A stretch of 64,000 nt of DNA, from contig CAYWPI010000001.1 of the NCBI GenBank assembly GCA_964460325.1, positions 11,105 to 75,104 on the forward strand, given 5' to 3'. Positions 59,585 to 64,000 of the stretch are shown here, piece after piece. Numbering within the stretch: position 1 is the first letter of the stretch; every line of letters starts with the position of its first letter. The notes beneath the pieces were generated by a model. It ran no database searches, was not told the DNA's origin, and saw only the letters and a list, made by a program, of their open reading frames with translations. This DNA is from an uncultured Candidatus Saccharibacteria bacterium. GTDB taxonomy: Bacteria > Patescibacteriota > Minisyncoccia > UBA6257 > 1-14-0-10-44-23. The position numbers and the translations under genes are program-made.

Positions 59585-60585
59585 AGTGCAACAAGATTGA
59601 CTGGCTTGCCGGCGATAAATCCCTTAATACTTTCCGCGGTTAACCCCAGAATGCGTTGTACCGCCTCTTTGGAATAAAAGGCAATGTGCGGGGTCACAAT
59701 AACGTTTGGCATGTCTAAAAGCATATAATCGTTTAACAGCGTCTTAAAATTGCGCGGATGATCTGCGGAAGCGGTCAAATGAATTTCTTCTTTAAGTTCG
59801 CGCTCGCCTTCAAGCACATCAAGCCCCGCGCCCGCCAATATGCCATTTTTAAGCACCTCCACCAACGCTTCAGTCTCCACAATTTCACCGCGAGCCGTAT
59901 TAATAAGATAGGCGCCCTTCTTGATAAACCGCATATTCTCTTTATTGAGCAGGTGATGCGTGTCGGGCAAATACGGCACGTGAATAGAGATAATGTCAGA
60001 AGCAGAAAGTAGTTCAATAAGCGGCACATATTCAAACCCAGCCTCTTCCGCCAGCGCCATATCCGGCCGCGGATCACAACCAAGAATTTTCATATGAAAC
60101 GCGTTGGCAAGCTTTACCATCTCGCGGCCAATCTTGCCCACACCGATAATGCCAAGCGTCTTTCCTTCAAGATCAAACCCCTGCAACTGATCAATACTGA
60201 AGTCACCCTGTGTTTTAAGCTGCTGATGCGCTGCTTCAATTTTGCGCGAGAATGAAAAGATCAGCCCAAACGCGAACTCTGCCACCGTTCGACTGCCATA
60301 CGTTGGCGCATTGGCAACCAGAATGCCTTTTTCTTTCGCATAGGCGCAATCCACGTTATCATAACCCGTTGAGCGCGCGACAATAAGCTTCACATTCGGC
60401 AACTGCTCAAGCACTTCCTTGCTGGCAGTTGAATTTATGAAAAGAGAAATAATATCAGCATCCTTTGCTTTGCTTGCCGTTTGCACGTTCAAATCCTCTT
60501 CAAAATAATCCACCGGTACGCCGACAAGCAACCGCTCTAAACTTTCCCGCTCCACCCCTGAAATGCCAAAAACAGATACTTTCAT
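59581..60585 (-). CDS. D-isomer-specific 2-hydroxyacid dehydrogenase (glycerate/hydroxypyruvate reductase-like)
   Basis: NAD-binding GIIGVGKIG and a catalytic His region. Confidence 0.8.
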   Translation of the reverse strand: MKVSVFGISGVERESLERLLVGVPVDYFEEDLNVQTASKAKDADIISLFINSTASKEVLEQLPNVKLIVARSTGYDNVDCAYAKEKGILVANAPTYGSRTVAEFAFGLIFSFSRKIEAAHQQLKTQGDFSIDQLQGFDLEGKTLGIIGVGKIGREMVKLANAFHMKILGCDPRPDMALAEEAGFEYVPLIELLSASDIISIHVPYLPDTHHLLNKENMRFIKKGAYLINTARGEIVETEALVEVLKNGILAGAGLDVLEGERELKEEIHLTASADHPRNFKTLLNDYMLLDMPNVIVTPHIAFYSKEAVQRILGLTAESIKGFIAGKPVNLVAL

Positions 60586-60697
60586 GTTTTTGCATATTAT
60601 AGCACATCGCCCTCCTATATTCAGCTAAAAACTTTGATTTTTAAACTCGCTTGTTGTAAGTTGTTAGATGTCAGCAACAAGAAAATTATTGCACCAC

Positions 60698-60768
60698 GGG
60701 CGCTTCGTTCAATGGTAGGACTGCTGTCTCCAAAACAGCTGACGTGGGTTCGATTCCTACAGCGCCCG
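60698..60768 (+). tRNA. tRNA-Trp(CCA)
   Basis: Manual fold: GGGCGCT acceptor, loop CTCCAAA, T-loop GGGTTCGATTCC. Confidence 0.75.
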
Positions 60769-62862
60769 CCTTCGTTTTATTCTCAAACGGCTAAGCAGAA
60801 ATAATCCTCCAAGTACGCCGAAGGCAACTCTCCCGTACCGGTATATGCGAGTGCCATTATTTTCGTTCCCGCCAGACGAGTCAACGGCCGAGGCGACAAA
60901 CGGAATACGTTCTTCTTGTGGCGCAACATCACCTTCGTCAGCGGCTTCTTCTGCCGGCACTGCCTGCGGCACATCTTCTGCCACAGGTGCTTTTGCAATT
61001 ACCGGAGCTGTTGCGACACTTGTAACCTCAACTGGTTCACTGACCGCCTCTACCACAACCCTTGCCCCTTTCTTCACTTCAATCACCTCTTTTTTATCGT
61101 TTGTATCGCTCGTATTGTTATCCGCCTTCGGCTCTACTTTTCTAAACGAACTCATCAACTCTGGCCACGAGCGGTGCAGCGCGGCTGGAATCGCATAAGA
61201 AGTTGCCCACAGCCTGTTTTCATCTGAAGCAGACTGTTCGCCAAACCCACCATCATCTTCTTGCTCTGCCGCAAGCGCATCATCTGCGCCAGTAAGCGCG
61301 CCATCAAGCGCCTGCAGTGCCCAGCTTAATGAATAGATATTGCCAAATCCTCCGTCATCATTTTGAGCGGCCAGAATATAATCTTCAGCGCGAAGCAGCG
61401 CCGCATCAACCCCCTCAATGCCGCGCAAGGGCGCGAGCGCCTGCATAGCCGCCGCCGTTAAATCAACACCAATCCAAGCGCCGGAAGACTTTTGTCGGCT
61501 CAATAAAAATGAAACTGTTTTTGCAATCATTTCATCACTGCTCTTATACCCGGCTTTCATGAGTACCAATAATGCGAAGATGTCGTCATTTTCCAGCCCC
61601 GCATCGCCAAACTGCTCACCATCAAACTCACGAGTAATGCGATCGATATAATCCACCTTAGTGTCGGTGTATGGGTTAATGCCCACCGTCATCAACGCAA
61701 GCGCCCGCCGCTCATTATCAGTCAGCGAAGCGGAATCTGAAAGCGATTTATCAAGCAAATACTCTTTCACCTTTGTAAGCCCCGTTTGCGCCTGCGCATT
61801 GCCAGCTCGCGCAGCTGCTTTTAATGCGATCGCCGCCCAATCGGTATACATCTTTTCGCCAAATCCGCCATCGCCACTTTGAAAATGCAGCAGAAAATCA
61901 ACCGCATCACCAAGATCAAACTCTGGCTTTTCTTCTGTTTCTGGCTCTGCCTGTATTATGCTGCCGCCCGTACTGTTGTTATTATTCGCGCCGTTGTCAG
62001 AAGCGGCAGCCATCGGTGTTATCGTAAGCGACGGACTTTGCACGAAATTACCATCTTTGCGGGCGTATAAAACAACGGGATCTGCGGTGGTAATTGCCAG
62101 CGTATATGTTCCGTCGTTATTGACCGCAAAATCGTTAGCGCCGCTTATCAAATGGCTTTGCGCCGACGGCTTCCAAACAGGATTCCAGCTCTCGTCATAA
62201 CCAAACTCCTGCACAGTCAGCACCACGCTTTCACCAACCGCCGGAGAAGCACTACTCACTGAAAGCTTGAGCGGCGCACTGTTTAATACCACCAGCACCT
62301 GATCGCCGGATGTTAATGCGTATTTATTAAGCGCCGTTTCGCCATATGCAAGATTTGAAAACCAGCCCCAATACCAGCCATTTGCATTGTCATTCGTAAT
62401 ACCATTTATCGAATCTAAAAACGCGTCGGAACCCCACCAAGACCACGTGCTGGAAACGTGCGCCTGACTCACAGCGCAATAAGCAGTTAACGCCATCGTG
62501 CCGGCGCCATCGCTGTCACACGGGATCGTATTCACGTCGCCAGAAAAAAGCTCTGTACTGCTTGCCTTGATAGTTAAGTGAATCAAGGCCGACGATGAAG
62601 CCTCTTCAGCGCGCGCGCTGCCCGCAACAGAAAAAATGATAATCGCCGCAACCAACACGACACATCGCAGTAAACTCTTCTTATATTCGAACATATGCAA
62701 ATTGATTTTAAAATAAAAACTTCTACAGAAGTTGTAGAAGTCCCGAAAAAGATGGTTCGACTTTTCCTGCTCGGGAACTTCTAGAGCCCATCTCAAAATA
62801 TATTGAGATAAACTCTGTCGATATGAAGATCGGGCTTGTGACATTTTAAAAATGTCCATCAC
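60757..62862 (-). CDS. Secreted surface protein with prenyltransferase/terpene-cyclase-like alpha/alpha-toroid repeats (DGGFG) and a C-terminal transmembrane anchor
   Basis: Repeated QxxDGGFG motifs. N-terminal signal/transmembrane segment. C-terminal hydrophobic anchor plus a basic tail. The last 12 nt overlap the tRNA-Trp 3' end. Confidence 0.5.
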   Translation of the reverse strand: MMDIFKMSQARSSYRQSLSQYILRWALEVPEQEKSNHLFRDFYNFCRSFYFKINLHMFEYKKSLLRCVVLVAAIIIFSVAGSARAEEASSSALIHLTIKASSTELFSGDVNTIPCDSDGAGTMALTAYCAVSQAHVSSTWSWWGSDAFLDSINGITNDNANGWYWGWFSNLAYGETALNKYALTSGDQVLVVLNSAPLKLSVSSASPAVGESVVLTVQEFGYDESWNPVWKPSAQSHLISGANDFAVNNDGTYTLAITTADPVVLYARKDGNFVQSPSLTITPMAAASDNGANNNNSTGGSIIQAEPETEEKPEFDLGDAVDFLLHFQSGDGGFGEKMYTDWAAIALKAAARAGNAQAQTGLTKVKEYLLDKSLSDSASLTDNERRALALMTVGINPYTDTKVDYIDRITREFDGEQFGDAGLENDDIFALLVLMKAGYKSSDEMIAKTVSFLLSRQKSSGAWIGVDLTAAAMQALAPLRGIEGVDAALLRAEDYILAAQNDDGGFGNIYSLSWALQALDGALTGADDALAAEQEDDGGFGEQSASDENRLWATSYAIPAALHRSWPELMSSFRKVEPKADNNTSDTNDKKEVIEVKKGARVVVEAVSEPVEVTSVATAPVIAKAPVAEDVPQAVPAEEAADEGDVAPQEERIPFVASAVDSSGGNENNGTRIYRYGRVAFGVLGGLFLLSRLRIKRRRAL

Positions 62863-63091
62863 CGTTGCGGCACAGCGGAGGAATTCTCGCCCTTCGTAGT
62901 CTTGACGAAGAACGGGTCACCTCACTTCCACATATCAAACGTATGTACTTACTTCTCTACCCTACCACCCCCAAAAAATTGAGCAAGTGGATAACACAAA
63001 ACCCGCCAAAGGCGGGTTTTGCTGAATACTAAATCTTAGCTTCCTTATGCGCCGTATGTTTTCCGTTCGGCAAGCTCAGGATGCACACACG

Positions 63092-63262
63092 CTATATTTT
63101 AGCTTCTTTGTGAGCCGTGTGTTTTCGGCACTGGCTGCAGAACTTGGAAAGAGCGATTTTGCGCTCCACAAGCTTTTTGTTCTTACGCGTGTAATAATTA
63201 CTGCTCTTGCACACCGTGCAGCGAAGCTTTATTTGGTTTTTGTTGCGCTTTGAGTCAGACAT
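63092..63262 (-). CDS. rpmG: 50S ribosomal protein L33; not in the ORF track
   Basis: MSDSKRNKNQIKLRCTVCKSSNYYTRKNKKLVERKIALSKFCSQCRKHTAHKEAKI matches the L33 family pattern. Confidence 0.85.
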   Translation of the reverse strand: MSDSKRNKNQIKLRCTVCKSSNYYTRKNKKLVERKIALSKFCSQCRKHTAHKEAKI

Positions 63263-63396
63263 ATGAAGAAAGTGCGTAGTTAGTAGTTGGTAGTGCGTAG
63301 CAAGGGGGCGATGCGAATCATTATACTTAAAAGCCCAAAAAAGGCAAGGCTATAGACTTTTATTCAAAATTCACTAGAATGATTCAATACATCAAT

Positions 63397-63677
63397 GCCG
63401 ATGTAGCTCAGCTGGTAGAGCAACTCCATGGTGGCTCGCAAAGCCCGCCCATTACGTAAGTAATTACGTAATGAATCCCGAATAACGGTTAATATCCCAA
63501 CAAAGTCAGGGCAAGATCCTTCGGCTTCGCTCAGGACAAGACCGTAGCGTCAATTGACGCTCGAACGACTGACAAGGGCTCCGATGCTTGAGATGCGGAG
63601 AAGATACAGTCTAGCCCTTTATGTAAATAGAGGTGTAAGCGAAGGAGTAGGTCGCCGGTTCAATTCCGGCCATCGGC
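63397..63677 (+). tRNA. tRNA interrupted by a group I intron; tentatively tRNA-Thr(GGT) if the splice site is between positions 36 and 37
   Basis: 5' exon GCCGATGTAGCTCAGCTGGTAGAGCAACTCCATGGT. 3' exon AAGGAGTAGGTCGCCGGTTCAATTCCGGCCATCGGCT. The exons fold into a cloverleaf. Anticodon assignment is uncertain. Confidence 0.6.
63433..63640 (+). other. Group I intron (~208 nt, no ORF)
   Basis: P-like GACCGTAGCGTCAATTG, R-like CGAACGACTGACAAGG, S-like AAGATACAGTCTAG (P7 pairing GACTG/CAGTC). 5' exon ends in U and the intron ends in G. Confidence 0.55.
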
Positions 63678-63693
63678 TCACAATTAAATAGCA

Positions 63694-63803
63694 GCTACCA
63701 CCTTAGCTCAGTTGGGTCGAGGCCACCAGGCCGAGACGGGCGAACCGCCTGAGCGTCATAATTCAAAGTTCGCCCCGGAAGAGCTTGCTCTACCGACGAT
63801 ATT
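63694..63803 (+). repeat. Upstream tRNA module 2: duplicated 18-nt 5' fragment of tRNA-Thr(TGT) plus conserved hairpins
   Basis: CCACCTTAGCTCAGTTGG, then GTCGAGGCCACCAGGCCGAGAC, then GGGCGAAC...GTTCGCCC, then CGGAAGAGCTTGCTCTAC. Same organisation as 27946-28057. Confidence 0.6.
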
Positions 63804-63876
63804 GCCACCTTAGCTCAGTTGGTAGAGCAACACTTTTGTAAAGTGAAGGTCCCCGGTTCAAGTCCGGGAGGTGGCT
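63804..63876 (+). tRNA. tRNA-Thr(TGT)
   Basis: Manual fold: GCCACCT acceptor, loop TTTGTAA, T-arm CCCGGTTCAAGTCCGGG. Confidence 0.8.
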
Positions 63877-63965
63877 CAAATGATCTTGAACCGGAAACCC
63901 GGTTGCCGCTCAAGTGGCGGCATTGCGATTTCTAAGTGCTCAAAATCTCGCACAGAAATCGGGAA

Positions 63966-63987
63966 CAAGTCCGGGAGGTGGCTCAAA
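63966..63987 (+). repeat. 22-nt direct repeat of the tRNA-Thr(TGT) 3' end (CAAGTCCGGGAGGTGGCTCAAA)
   Basis: Identical to 63859-63880. Separated from the tRNA by ~85 nt of hairpin-rich sequence. Confidence 0.7.
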
Positions 63988-64000
63988 ATAGGATTGACAA

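Overview
This window looks like a compact, minus-strand-dominated bacterial chromosome segment with a ~45% GC backbone. Gene content suggests a small-genome Patescibacteria/CPR-like lineage, but that is inference. Recognisable housekeeping genes include leuS, tatD, metG, glyQS, recO, rplS, folD, glyA, dprA, topA, rel, parB, msrB, eno, rpmG and sucCD-like genes. There are also a MacAB-like efflux set, a glycerate-to-pyruvate gene cluster and at least 11 tRNA genes. Most of the interest lies in accessory material:
1. A large serine recombinase next to tRNA-Leu(GAG), embedded in two back-to-back pairs of long perfect inverted repeats (80 and 73 bp). The second pair also brackets a high-GC XRE-regulator and two-small-membrane-protein operon. 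The recombinase ORF has no in-frame stop and reads through the repeat and the tRNA.
2. At least eight dispersed high-GC (~60%) single-gene cassettes, each with a canonical GGAGG ribosome-binding site and its own terminator. Most sit beside tRNA genes. One encodes a patatin-like phospholipase.
3. A recurring ~100-nt module upstream of tRNA genes: a duplicated tRNA 5' fragment followed by conserved hairpins, seen at tRNA-Ile and tRNA-Thr, and in degenerate form at tRNA-Val. The tRNA-Thr 3' end is also duplicated downstream.
4. A tRNA interrupted by a ~208-nt group I intron.
5. A LeuRS carrying an inserted RBBP9/YdeN-like alpha/beta-hydrolase domain just before the CP1 editing domain.
6. A succinyl-CoA-synthetase-like pair plus a citrate-synthase-like short protein, which may be a citryl-CoA synthetase/lyase arrangement.
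7. A ~420-nt structured non-coding region with its own terminator.
All calls are from reading the sequence by eye. No database searches were run.
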